Source: Azolla caroliniana (Eukaryota; Plantae; Polypodiophyta). From it: DNA of 64,000 nucleotides. Shown here piece by piece: positions 1 to 12,699 of this stretch. The DNA lies in the NCBI GenBank assembly GCA_043228905.1, contig JBHGNT010000006.1, positions 15,066,001 to 15,130,000 on the forward strand, given 5' to 3'. The notes under the pieces were generated by a model. That model did no database searches and was not told where the DNA came from. It saw only the letters and a list, made by a program, of their open reading frames with translations. How positions within the stretch are numbered: the stretch's first letter is position 1; each line of letters begins with the position of its first letter. Made by a program: the position numbers and the translations under genes.

Positions 1-1100
1 ACCATGTGTGTGTCTATGTTAGTGTATGTGGTGATATGAATGTACAAATGTAATGTATGTGTATGGATGTATGTTTGTAAAATTTGTATATGTAACATTG
101 TAGGCATATGTACGTATATATGTGTAGCAATCTATGAATGAATATATGTATGTACATGTATGAATGTACGTATGTGTATATATGTAATGTATTATTTTTG
201 GGATATTTTCATGTTTAGTATGTGTATGGATCGTATATGAAATTGTGTTTTCAATATGTACGTAATATGCATTCATATATCCGATGTGTGTGTATGTATG
301 TATGTATATATGTAATGCAATGTATGTATGTGTATGTAAATTTGTATATTGTGTAATATGAATGGATCATATGATATGTAATATGTAATTTTTATTCATG
401 TATTAACATCTGTCAATACATATGGCTTTATTATAATATGTATGTAGCATGTATCTATTTACATATTTGTATTTATGTATGTGTATGTACATATCTACAT
501 ATGGTAATATATATTTGTATACATATTCATGTGTAGTCAGTATGCATGTATAAATGGGTGTAATGTATGTATATACATATTTATGGATGTAATGTTTAAA
601 TGTATAGGTACATATATGCATGTATATGTATGTATGCCACTCCAAATTTGACTATTGTTTGCACAATATATTCTTTATTATCTCATTGAAATATCTAATA
701 TTTCATGGGCTTATTATAATATGTATGTAGCATGTATGCATTTACATATTTGTATTTATGTATGTGTATGTACATATCTACATATGATAATGTATATTTG
801 TATATATATTGATGTTTAGTCGATATGCATGTATAAATGGGTGTAACGTATGTATATACATATTTATGGATGTAATGTTTAAATGTAGGTACATATATGC
901 ATGTATGCATATATATGTATGTATGTATGTATGTATGCCACTCCAAATTTGACTATTGTTTGCACAATATATTCTTTCTTATCTCATTGAAATATCTAAT
1001 ATTTCATGGGCTTATGTAATTTTTTTCTATAGCATAATTGATAATACCCTTATGTAAATATATTTTTTATGCATTTGTTAATACCCTTATATATATACAT
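1..1100. repeat. AT-rich (TATG/TA)n low-complexity tract containing a ~290-300 bp tandem duplication (~420-720 / ~705-1015)
   Basis: Block 'tccaaatttgactattgtttgcacaatatattct...atatttcatgggcttat' occurs at ~641 and ~942. The H/Y/I-rich ORFs here are microsatellite artefacts. Confidence 0.85.
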
Positions 1101-1354
1101 TCTATATCTCAATGGTTAATTTAAACCCCTTTTGATGAGCTCATGTGTTATCATACAAGTTTTCACATTGAAACCCCCGGCCCCACCATCATCCCCAAAT
1201 CCCGGTCGTCACCCCTCGACCCACCCTTGCTCCCACCCAAACGACAACCCCACCACCACCCCTACCGACCTCCGTTCCCTGCTCTACCCCATCCATTGCC
1301 GCAACCGCCCGCCCTAACCCAACTCCCACCATCCCCACCAAACCCTTAGCTAAC

Positions 1355-4076
1355 ATGGTGACCGACATCCTCAAGATTACTTCTATCGTGAATCGTCGCC
1401 TACTCCAAGTCCATGCGCAGGCCCAACAGACCACCACCGACCAACAAGAGGCCTCTACATGGAATGAGGTCATGGCCACCGAAGTGAGGAACGCCCACCA
1501 TACCAACGCATGCCAAGCCGCCGCCTACGACCTCGTCAAGAGAGAACTGCTTACTGAACGAACCCGACACCAACAACTCGCCAACGAGTTCCACCAAGCC
1601 AAGACAACGTGGCACTACAACCAGGAACGCGCGACACAAACACACGCCGAACTCTCTGCCGAGTGTGTACGTCTCAACACCCAACACCAACAGACAGAGT
1701 CCCACCTCGCAGCGATGACGACTGACCTCTCCGCACGGTCCAAGGCTCTAGCCACCGCCACTGCCACGACTCACGAGCGAGATCACAACCCTCAAAGCTG
1801 AACATGACGCTATGGTCCAACAAGTGGAGGTCACCAATGAACGGAACAGATGCCTCCTCATCAAACACTGCCGCCAGTGCGCCGAACTCGAGAAGGACAT
1901 CACCTAACTCCACACGACCAAAGCCACCCTCGAGCACGCCCTCAGCCCAGACACGACTGGCCCCTCCACCATTTAGACACCTCTCCTTACTCCGCCCGGC
2001 ACTCCGAATATGATTCAGGCACTGTCGGTGTGTGTGACCTCGACATCCTTGCTCTTTATGCTATACCAACCATGCCCTCGCGCTCTTTATGCTATACCAG
2101 GAAGCCACCGAGGAGCCTCACCCCCAACAGTTGACCTCTTCCCCCACCACCTCCCTATTTTGTTTCTCGAAGGCATGGCCCGGCCCTACCTCCACACTGC
2201 TATCACCCCAGACTTAGACATCACCGATCTGGTATGTTTCGCCATCACCCCTAACTTAGACATCACCGAAGACCAGTTGGCCCAACTCTTCACCACGTTG
2301 GTGCGCTTACACCGCATCGCCAACCCTCTCACCTATGTACCCCCTTTCGGTTTCCTATGGTTAATACGCACTTGGCAAACTACATGGGACGTCGGGGTTC
2401 GTACTCACATATTCAGCATCAAATGTGCCGCAGTCAACTAGCCCATGGATCTTGAGGCTGATGACATGCATGAGTTAGCCCTATACCTCGACGTCTCTCG
2501 TGACTATCAACTTATGAATTTCGACGAGGCTCGTGCCCGCGCACTCCTACCCCTGCACCCCCCTCACTCCCCGCCCGAGATCAACCCGAAGTGGGACCAC
2601 GACTCACCTGATGATCCTGATAACCACCACGCCCTAACCCGACCTCATCCCCGCCTCCAAGCCCTCCCCCACCTGCCCCACCTCCAAGCCCCTCCCCCCA
2701 CTACTCCCCTCCCCACCCACACCCCAGGGAACACCACGTCCCTGAGCACACACACCCCATGTTCGGCAGCAACCCCTTTCACACACCCCCCTTGGCCCAT
2801 CCCCATTCCTCCCCACCTCCCCACCACCCGACCCCTTCCCCCTCCACACACAAGTTGTCACCCACCCTAGTCGGGCATTCATAGATTCCATCCTCCGCAA
2901 AGCCCTCCCTTTCAACCAACCCCTCACACACCTCATGCTCCACCAACTATCCCCCCCCATCTTCACTACACCCCCACTACTACACGACACGAGCGCCCGA
3001 TTCAATGTAGCGGCATTCTACGCTGATTTGGCCGACCGTTACCAACTCACCCACGGCCCCCAAGTAGCTCTTGATTACATCAAACACAGTACAAGTTGGG
3101 ACACCCGCCTCGATAACCACTTTGCCGCACCTGTCCCCTGGGAGTTTGATTTCTGTGAGACCCCCCTTACTCCTCACCCGCCCCTACTCCTACTACCCTG
3201 AAGTCGCCTCTGAACCCCAAGTCGACATCTTCCTTTACCCAAACGTTTACCGAGATAAGATGTCCACTTGGGCGGCCGCCAACCCCACCTCGGCTCGAGG
3301 ATGGGACCACCCCATGGTCAACCCCCTCCTTGAACCACCTCACATCCAACCCTCGTGGCGTCTCCCCTGGTTTGAGCACGCATCCTTCCGAGAATGGTTT
3401 GCCCTACACCCTCTCGAGATGTGCACCAACCCCACCTTTCTTCCCCTCCCTCGGCGTTGGCCATCGTGTGACTTTCAAGCCGCCCAGGCACGCCTACCCA
3501 CCCTCCAGTTCAACTGGCCCGTGTTTCCACGACCCCCGCGCACATCCCCAACGGAAGCTAGAATGATCCGGGTCATGCGACGTTTTCTCCGTATGTACCT
3601 CGACGTCCCTGACCCCGACATTCAAGCCAGTCTTCGTTTTCTGCAACTGTTGCTCATACTTCTTGACTCTGGCCCTTATGAAGCCTGCACCTTCTAGCAA
3701 CACAACCACCTGGCGTGGGGCCTTGCCTTTTATTGGAAAAAAGGCCCTACACATCGTCAACTGGTCGGCCTCTAGACCCGCGTCAACGTGCATGATCGAC
3801 ACACGTTTTTTTCCCGCTTACATAAGGTTTGGTAGAAGCCCCCCCTCTCCCTTCGCCGGCTACCACACCTGCACATTGCTAACTGGCCCCAAGAAAAACT
3901 TCTTCACGACGACTGATCAAATGCAGGAAATCCGGTTACCGCCACTGAACATCCGCCGGCTTCGCCATCATCTTCGCCACCGACCACCCCCCGACGAACC
4001 CCCCTACTCCATCCTTCTCGGCCCCGACGCCCGAAGCTACCCTCCCACAGGGCACCCAGGAGTGTGCACTCATTAG
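1355..4076 (+). pseudogene. Decayed accessory ORF region (N-terminal coiled coil, Pro-rich linker, unknown C-terminal part) in the 3' internal region of an LTR retrotransposon
   Basis: ORFs 1355-1801, 2010-2441, 2445-2870, 2935-3201, 3071-3697 and 3663-4076 abut through stops or frameshifts. The first is heptad-like Q/E/A/L-rich. The region ends directly before a PPT and a TG LTR start. Confidence 0.5.
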
Positions 4077-4679
4077 GTTGGGGGAGATGTTAAGCCCTTG
4101 GATAGCACCACGACCAGTCGTGAAGAAGAGCGCATCAACAAGGACATAGTATGGCTAAAGGACCTACGAAGAGGGGATGACAAGAGGAAAGAGGACTAAG
4201 GGACATCGAAGTGTGAAAGGTCCATACCCTAAATGTAAATGCTATATAAACCACATAGCGGTGGCTTTGTAAGGGTTCTTCCATTTGTAAAGTGTTGAGA
4301 GACAAGCACAACATCGGCCGGATCGGCTGAAGAAGCCAAGGACCGGATCGGTTGGGACCGATCGGTTAGGCCGAGTGCGTAAACCGGGAGGTCGTTAGGA
4401 AAGATATTCCGTGAGGAATATATTTGGGAGTTAGTGTAGGAGCTCTTTATGAGCATTGAAGTACTGTCAGTACTTCGGTCAGTCCTTTTAGGACTTGTAT
4501 AAAAGTGCTCACTGAGCATGTCTTATGTACAGACTGAGTATTATTATTGAATATAGAGTTTTCTGTGTTTCTCTCTCTGTCTCTCCTGCGTATACCGTGT
4601 AAGCCTAAGCTCTCCATTGAACCTGAGTTTCCTTCCTCTGTTCTGTCTTCATACCTGCTTCCGCACGCTACTTTTTACA

Positions 4680-4691
4680 TGGTATCAGAGC
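4680..4691 (+). promoter_or_regulatory. Primer binding site, tRNA-iMet
   Basis: TGGTATCAGAGC immediately after the LTR-terminal CA. Confidence 0.95.
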
Positions 4692-4763
4692 GCGAGGGTT
4701 GAGAACCTCTCTGCAACCGACACAACTTGACGAAGAAGAACAAGAAGAACGATGGATAGAGGC

Positions 4764-7700
4764 ATGGCGAGCTCGCTTCCAACAGAGAAGCTCGACAGAA
4801 CCAACTACGCATCTTGGTCCTACAAGATGCACCAGTACCTGCTCGGGCATGGCTACTGGAGTTATGTCGAAGGAGCTAATGACGCGGCACCCGAATCGAC
4901 ACACAGAGACTTCCCGTCGTGGGAGCAATCAGCGAGCAGGGTACTATACTGCTTCGCATCGTGTGTGGGCGAACAACTATTGAGCTATGTTCGGGATGCA
5001 AAGACGCCGAAGGGTGCGTGGGAAAATCTGAAGAAGATTTTCCCCGCGAGCACCACAGCCAGGAAGCTTCAGGTCCGACAGGAGTTGAGCAACCTACGAC
5101 AATGCGACTTGTCGGTGGCGGACTATACCTCGAAGATCAAGGATATCTGCGACTCCCTCGCCTCCATAGAGGTGAACATCGAGGAGAGCGAGATGGTCCA
5201 GATCTGTCTCAGAGGTTTGGCGTCAAAGTTCGGACTGTTCCGAACGGCTGTGTGTACCCGGGAGAATACGACGTCCTTTTTCGACTTACAGTCGATGCTC
5301 CTGGTAGAGGAGAACCACGCGGGTGCATCTACAAGCACGCACACCGACAGTAGAATGTTGTACACGGAGGGAGATAGGCCCCGTGGACGTGGAGGACGAG
5401 GCGAGTCGGCACGCAATGGAGGCGGCCAACGAGATCAAGAAAGAAGGCACCGAAGTGATGCCGACAGCAACTCCGGACCCTCCGGAAACAGGGGGAGTCG
5501 AAGCGATGAGAACCGGCAAGGGAAGTCCATCGCGGAGTGCTGGTATTGTGGCAAGAAAGGCCACAGGGAAAGTGAGTGCTGGAAGAAGCGTGCCGATTCG
5601 GAGAGAACTGGTTCCGGGAACGGCTCCAGACATACCGACAAGGGAAATCGGCAGCGATCGCACTACGCTGAAGACTCCGGGAGAGCCGGAGAAGGGTCTG
5701 TCTTCGTGACGAGACACGTAGCAAACTCAATGAAACAGAGCACCCTGAGACCGAACGAGGTGTGGTACATAGACTCCGGCGCGTCAAACCACATGACGAG
5801 CCATAAGGAGTGGTTCTCGTACCTTGAAAAACCGATACAACCTGGAGTAGTCGCAACAGGAGACGATACTCCGCATCCGATCGTGAATGTCGGAGAAGTT
5901 CCCCTTAGCCATGTCGGGCAGAAAGGGAAACTCAAGAACGTGCTGCACGTTCCGACAATCACGAAAAACTTGGTTCCGGTCGGACAGATCGTCGATCAAG
6001 GGATGGAGGTTCGGTTTACACACCTCGGGTGCTTCATTGAGGAAGAAGGTCGTGTGATCACGCAAGGGCACAGAGACAGGAGGATGTTTATCCTCGATTC
6101 CACTGACGGTGGCACCGCAATGTTCGCAAAGGGACAAAAAGCCGAGTCGGACATCGACTTGTGGCACAAGCAGATAGGCCACATCAACTACCAGCAGCTT
6201 CAAGGTCTGCAATCGAAACAGGTAGTGTTCGGATTGCCCAAGTTTAGTGGCCGAAAGGCACAAATTTGTGAAGCCTGGAAGCTCGGGAAGCAACACCGAC
6301 TTCCCTTCCCCAACGAGCGAAACCGGAGCCGGAACAAGCTCGACCTTATACACTCGGATGTGTGGGGGTCGGCACAAAACGTTAGTCTTTGCGGGAGCCG
6401 ATACTTCGTCTCCTTCATCGACGACCACACGCGGCACACGTGGATCTACCTCATTGAGAGGAAGAGCGAAGTCTTCGACTGTTTCCGGGACCTCAAAGGG
6501 TTCGTGGAAACAGAAACGGGACAAAAGATCAAGTGCATGCGGTCGGATGGTGGGAAAGAGTACTTTTCCGGTCAATTCAACGGTTATCTACAACAAATGG
6601 GAATTCGGCGCGAATTCAGTTGTAGATACACGCCAGAGCAGAACGGCGTGGCCGAGAGGAAGAATCGGTCGATTGTGGAAGCGGCACGGGCAATGCTGGA
6701 GGAGAAGAGCTTGCCCAAGTTCTATTGGGCCGAGGCGGTGAGGACCGCGGTATACATCCAGAACCGGATCGGAGACAAAATGTCGGCGCAGGACCTATAT
6801 TTCGGAACGAAGCCGAACTTGCAACACTTAAGGGTGTTCGGTAGCATTGTGTATGTGCATGTACCGAAGGAGAAAAGGAGGAAGTTGGACGCAAAGGCCG
6901 AGAAGTGCATCTTGGTCGGTTACTCGGACGAGCAGAAGGGCTATAAGTGCTATAACCCTCGCACCAAACAAGCGCGTGTTAGCCGCGACGTTGTGGTTGA
7001 CGAGTCCGCGTCCTGGTACCTGCCCCCGACTCCGAACCCCGAGTCCAATCCGTGCTCTGACGATGAGGTCAGCGAGGCCGAGATGCCTCCGGATGAGCCC
7101 GAAATCGAGACAGCGAAGAGAGTCTGATTTCACTCTGGTTAAGTGGACCAATTGGACGATTGAGTCGGTATGATCAGTCCGATGAAGAGCCGGCGAGTAG
7201 TGGAGACTCGGTCGTGCATTCCCCGCGCAGGAAGCCGAGGAGACGGCTTACGCGCAAAGAGAAAGGGAAGAAGAAGGTGTCAGATTCCGGCACGGAAAGG
7301 AACGAGTCAGACCAACACGAGGCCGACTCCGAAGGAACCGGTGACAGGTCTTTAAAGATGAAGACCGCGTCGACCGAGAAGGCCTCGACATTGGCTAATG
7401 TGAGATTACGCCGATCTACTCGCCAAAAGAACCCAGTTGTGCGGTTCGGATACAACGAGTACGTGGCGCATCATTATGCGTACATGACCCGTGTAGCGGA
7501 AGTGCGTGAGCCAAAGAGCTACGCAGAAGCGGCTAAAGACGTGAATTGGCGTGCCGCGATGGAGGAAGAGATGCACACATTGGTAGAGAACGAGACCTGG
7601 GACCTGGTTGACGCACCGAAGGGTGTGAAGCCGATCGGGTGTAGGTGGGTGTACAAGGTCAAGTGCAACACCGATGGCTCGGTCAACCGGTACAAGGCTC

Positions 7701-9586
7701 GGCTAGTGGCAAAGGGCTACGCGTAGAAACACGACATCGACTACGATGAGACGTTTGCGCCGGTCGCGAAAATGACGACCGTCCGTGTTTTGCTGGTAGT
7801 AGCTGCGGCGAAGGGGTGACACTTACATCAAATGGATGTAAAGAATGCGTTCCTGCAAGGTGACCTTGAGGAACAAGTGTACATGGTACAACCCCCCGGA
7901 TTTCACTCCGGAACAAACTCCTCGGCAGTATGCCGACTGAAGAAGTCCCTTTACAGACTGAAGTAGGCCCCGCGTGCCTGGAACGCGAAGATCACGCAAC
8001 AACTGCGTCAAATGGGCTTCGTCACGTCAAAATCAGGCTCTTCCCTGTTCATCCGGAAAGGTCGACTCGGACCGGTTAGTATTCTACTATATGTTGATGA
8101 CTTGGTCATCACCGGCGCTGACCTAGGTGAAATCGACCGCGTGAAGCTCCAGCTTGCGGCATCGTTCGACATGAAGGATCTGGGGGACCTTCATTACTTC
8201 CTCGGGATTGAAGTGATCTGAACCCCCGAAGGCATATTGATCAGCCAACATAATTACGTGCTGAGTATGCTCTTCAAATTCGGGATGGCCGACTGTAAGT
8301 CCGTCTCGACTCCTCTGGACAGAACCGTCAAGCTTTGTCCCGATACGGGTAAGGTATGCGACCCGACGAGGTTTCGACAAATTGTCGGAAGCCTCATATA
8401 CTTGACCATCACCTGACCCGACCTCAGTTATCCGGTCAGGGTGATCAGTCAGTTCATGGTGCGACCTACCGAGGAGCACCTTCAGTGTGCGCAACGCATA
8501 CTTCGGTATGTCAATGGCACTAAGGACCGGGGACTGCTATATCGGACCGGTGCGGCCGCGCAGTTAGTCAGCTACACCGATGCTGATTGGGCTGGCAACA
8601 CCGCCGATCGCCGATCCATGTCCGGATACGCGTTCTCCCTCGGGAGTGCCGCGATCGCGTGGAGCAGTAAGAAGCAGCCGACAGTTGCACTGTTGAGCAC
8701 CGAAGCTGAGTACCGCGGAGCGGTTGTCGCGACATGCGAAGCCATATGGTTGAAGCGGCTACTTAAGGACCTGCAAGTGGTGTCAGATCCGACGACGATC
8801 TACTGCGACAACCTCAGCAGCATCCAGCTCGCGAAAAACCCCGTTTTCCACGCACGGACCAAGCACATTGAGGTGCACTACCATTTCGTTCGTGAGCGTG
8901 TCCTTTCCGGTGAAGTTCAACTTCAGTACGTGCCGACGGATCAGCAGACTGCCGACATCTTCACAAAGCCTCTTGGTCTGGACAAGTTGCGGCAATTCTC
9001 AGGTGCGCTCGGATTGCGTCACCTCGACGTGCCACACTTGAGGGGGAGAAAAGTCCCGAACGACCAAGCAAGGCAGCAGGAAAGGCGCGGAGACCGCGAC
9101 ACCACCGAGTCGGTTGACTCGGTTGTCGAGTTCGACTTCGGATCGGCTGAAGAAACCGAGGGCGGACCCACGGAAAAGTCCGAAAGTGGACAGAAGGGGA
9201 GCAGCCGAAGGAAAGAGCCAAAGCCAACCACGCATAGGGGAGACGACGCCATCGAGGGTAAGAAGACCGAAGACGAGTTGGAGACAACCAACTCGGACGA
9301 GAGCGAAAACCGATCGGAGGTAACCGAGTCGGTTCGGATGTTTGATTCAGACACGCTGAATCAACCGAGGCCCAAGCGGAAAAAAAGGCAGCAGGAGAAG
9401 TGTCAACACCGCAACAGCAGAAGAGCTGATAAGGGCCGCATGAGCAAACAAGCCAACCGGAAGGGTCGAAGCGCGCAAAGTCGAACAGGTCGAGGAGCGC
9501 GACCGAGGCGTGAAGCCAAGAGGAACCGGAGTTGTGAGCCCAAGGATCCCGAAGAGCCTCGAGTTGAGCTTGAGGGGGAGTGTTGA
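4764..9586 (+). pseudogene. copia gag-pol polyprotein, disrupted by a frameshift near 7120 and several stops in RT
   Basis: Zn knuckle CWYCGKKGHRESEC, protease WYIDSGAS, integrase HSDVWG/SDGGKEY/PEQNGVAER, RT YVDD, RNase H YTDADWAG...ADIFTKPL, then a charged C-terminal extension. Confidence 0.95.
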
Positions 9587-10350
9587 GAGACAAGCTCAAC
9601 ATCGGCCGGATCGGTTGAAGAAGCCGAGGACCGGATCGGTTGGGACCGATCGGTTAGGCCGAGTGCGTAAACCGGGAGGTCGTTAGGAAAGATATTCCGT
9701 GAGGAATATATTTGGGAGTTAGTGTTGGAGCTCTTTATGAGCATTGAAGTACTGTCAGTACTTCGGTCAGTCCTTTTAGGACTTGTATAAAAGTGCTCAC
9801 TGAGCACGTCTTATGTACAAACTGAGTATTATTATTGAATATAGAGTTTTCTATGTTTCTCGCTCTGTCTCTCCCGCGTATACCGTGTAAGCCTAAGATC
9901 TCCATTGAACCTGAGTTTCCTTCCTCTGTTCTGTCTTCATACCTGCTTCCGCACGCTACTTTTTACATAAAGATCTCCCTATTGATCACTTAGAGCTAGA
10001 GCTTCCTCTCCTCCTTGTAACCTTTAAGCTTAAGAGAGATTAGTGAAGTGTTTAGTTAGAGAACACTAATCTCTTGTCCTTGTTGGTGCTAGACCTCTTA
10101 GCAAAGAGGGTTAATAAACATATTCATTGCTCTTATTGTCTATATTCATTACCCTATTGTCTATGAGAGCGAGCTTGAGAAAGTGAGAGAGATATCATGC
10201 ATAATCATCTATTAATCATTAAGTGAGTGTGAAGCTCGGAGGTGTCCGACAACCATCTCCGCCCAATTCACCATCAAAAGGGTATATGTCAGTTCGAACT
10301 CTGCAAACGACATTGAGGAGTTAACTCCATCAATACATAGATCCTACACA

Positions 10351-12699
10351 TCCGATCTACCCACCAGAAGAACCCTGTTCTGCGGTTCGGATATAACGAG
10401 TACATGGCGCATCACTATGCGGACATGACACGCATAGCGGAAGTGCCTGAGCCAGAGAGCTATGCAGAAGTGGCAAAGGACGCGAATTGGCGTGCTGCCA
10501 TGGAGGAAGAGATGAACGCACTTGCGGAGAATGAAACCTAAGACTTGGTTGATGCTCCGAAGGGTGTAAAGCCGATTGGATGCAAGTGGGTGTACAAGAT
10601 CAAGTACAACACCGACGGCTCGGTCAACCGATACAAGGCCCGATTAGTAGCAAAAGGCTATGCGCAACAACACAACATCAATTACAATAAGGAGTTTGCA
10701 CCGGTCGCGAAGATGAGGACCGTCCGTGTTTTGCTTGCGGTAGCTACAGGGTGACACTTACATTAGATGGATGTAAAGAATGCCTTCCTGCAAGGCAAGC
10801 TTGAGGAACAAGTGTACATGGTACAACCCCCTGGATTTCACTCCGGAACGAACACTTCGGCGGTATGTCGGTTGAAGAAGTCCCTTTACGGACTAAAGGA
10901 AGCCCCACGTGCCTGGAACACGAAGATCATGCAACGTTTGCTTCGGATGGGATTTGCGACATCCAAATCGGGCTCTTCATTGTTCGTCTGGCAAGGTCAA
11001 CTTGGGTCAGTTAGTATTTTACTTTATGTTGATGACTTGGTCATCGCCGGCGTTGACCTAGGTGAAATTGACCACGTAAAGCTCTATCTTGCGGCATCAT
11101 TTGATATGAAGAACCTGGGGGACCTTCATTACATTCTCGGGATTGAAGTGATCCGAACCCCCGAAGGCATACTGATCAGCCAACGATATTACGTGTTGAG
11201 TATGCTCTTCAAGTTTGGGATGGCGGACTGTAAGTCTGTCTCAACTCCTCTTGACAGAACCGTGAAGCTTCACCCCGACTCCAGAAAGGTCTGTGACCCA
11301 AAAAGGTTCCCACAGATTGTCGGAAGCCTCATATATTTGACTATCACCCGGCCGGACCTCAGCTACCCGGTCGGCTTGATTAGTTAGTACACGGCGCGGC
11401 CAACCGAGGAGCACCTTTAGTGCGTGCAACGCGTACTCAGGTACGTCAGTGGCACTAAGGACCGTGGGCTACTATATCGGACCGGTACAACCGCGTAGCT
11501 AGTCGGCTATACGGATGCCGACTAGGTCGGAAATGCCGGTGATCGCCGATCCGCATCCAGATTCACGTTCTCCCTTGGGAGCGCCGCAATCGCGTGTAGT
11601 AGCAAGAAGCAACCGACAGTTGCATTGTCGAGCACAGAGGCTGAGTATCGAGGAGAGGTTGTTGCAACATGCAAAGCCATATGGCTGAAGCGGCAACTTA
11701 AGGATCTGTAGGTGGAGGTGTTCGATCCGACGACGATCTACTGCAACAAACTCAGCAACATCCAACTTGTGAAGAACCCCATCTTCCACGTCTGGACTAA
11801 GCACATTGAGGTGCACTACCACTTTGTCCGTGAGTGTGTCCTCTCTGGTGATGTTGAACTTTAGTATGGTTCGACGGATCGGCAGACCGCCGACATTTTC
11901 ACCAAGCCCCTTGGTGTGGACAAGTTGCGGCAATTCTTGAGTGCGCTTGGGTTGCGGCACCTTGACATGCCGAACTTAAGGGGGAGAAAAGTCCTGCAAG
12001 ACCAAGGAAAGGAGCAGGAAAGGAGTGGAAGTGACTGCGACATCAAATCAGATGACGAATTCGATTTAGTGTCGGCTGAAGAAACTGAAGGCGGATCCAC
12101 GGAAGAGTCTGGAAGCGGATGAGATGGCAGTAACCAAAAGAAAGAGCCGAAGCCAGTCAAACATGGGCGAGATGAAGCCAACAAGGGCGAGAAGGCCAAG
12201 ATTGAGGACGAATTGGAGACAGCCAATTCGGACAAAAGCGGAGACAAATCGGGGACAGCCGATTCGGCTCGGATGTTTGATTCGGAGACGCTGAATCAAC
12301 TGAAAGCCAAGCAAAATAAAGGGTAGCAAAAGAGGTGCCAACACCGTGACAACAAGGGAGCTGGAAAAGGCTGCACGACCAGACAAGCCGACCGTAAGGG
12401 TCAAGGCGCGTGGAATCAAACAGGTCAAGGAGCGCGAGCGAAGCGTGAAGCCAAGAGAAACTAGAGCGAAGGACCGGAAGAGCCTCAAGTTGACCTTGAG
12501 GGGGAGTGTTGAAATACAAGGTCAACATTGGCTGAATTGGTGCGTAAATCGGTGCGTAAACTGGTGCGCAAACCGATGCACAACAAGAGGCCGGATCGGT
12601 GCGGTAACCGAGAGGCCGTTGAACAGATATTCTGCGAGGGAATATATTTGGGAGTTAGTGTAGGAGCTTAGTTATGAGCATTGAAGTACGTGTCAGTAC
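10351..12699 (+). mobile_element. Older copia of the copia-1 group (copia-2): decayed RT-RH plus extension, PPT, and 3' LTR from 12507 interrupted at 12699
   Basis: Collinear with ~7410-9760. YVDD and RNase H motifs carry many stops. GAGGGGGAG is followed by TGTTGAAATAC. Confidence 0.92.

Larger units (their letters stand above)
4293..9967 (+). mobile_element. Full-length Ty1/copia LTR retrotransposon (copia-1), non-functional
   Basis: 387-bp LTRs 4293-4679 and 9581-9967 (TG...CA, about 10 differences), TSD TAAAG at 4288-4292 and 9968-9972, PBS TGGTATCAGAGC, PPT GAGGGGGAG, domain order gag-PR-INT-RT-RH. Confidence 0.97.
4088..10350 (+). mobile_element. 3' LTR (~580 bp net: 4088-4292 plus 9973-~10350) of a probable gypsy element, split by the copia insertion and itself inserted in a copia
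   Basis: PPT-like AGGTTGGGGGAGA precedes TGTTAAG at 4088, TATA-like TATATAAA lies at ~4243, and the segment ends ...CTACACA where copia coding sequence resumes. Confidence 0.7.

Noticed and set aside
19-946. H/Y/I/T-rich minus-strand ORFs
   Set aside because: They are translations of (TATG)n microsatellite.
5123-9807. Many antisense and alternate-frame ORFs over copia pol, and likewise over the other elements
   Set aside because: They are shadow ORFs of GC-rich coding sequence.
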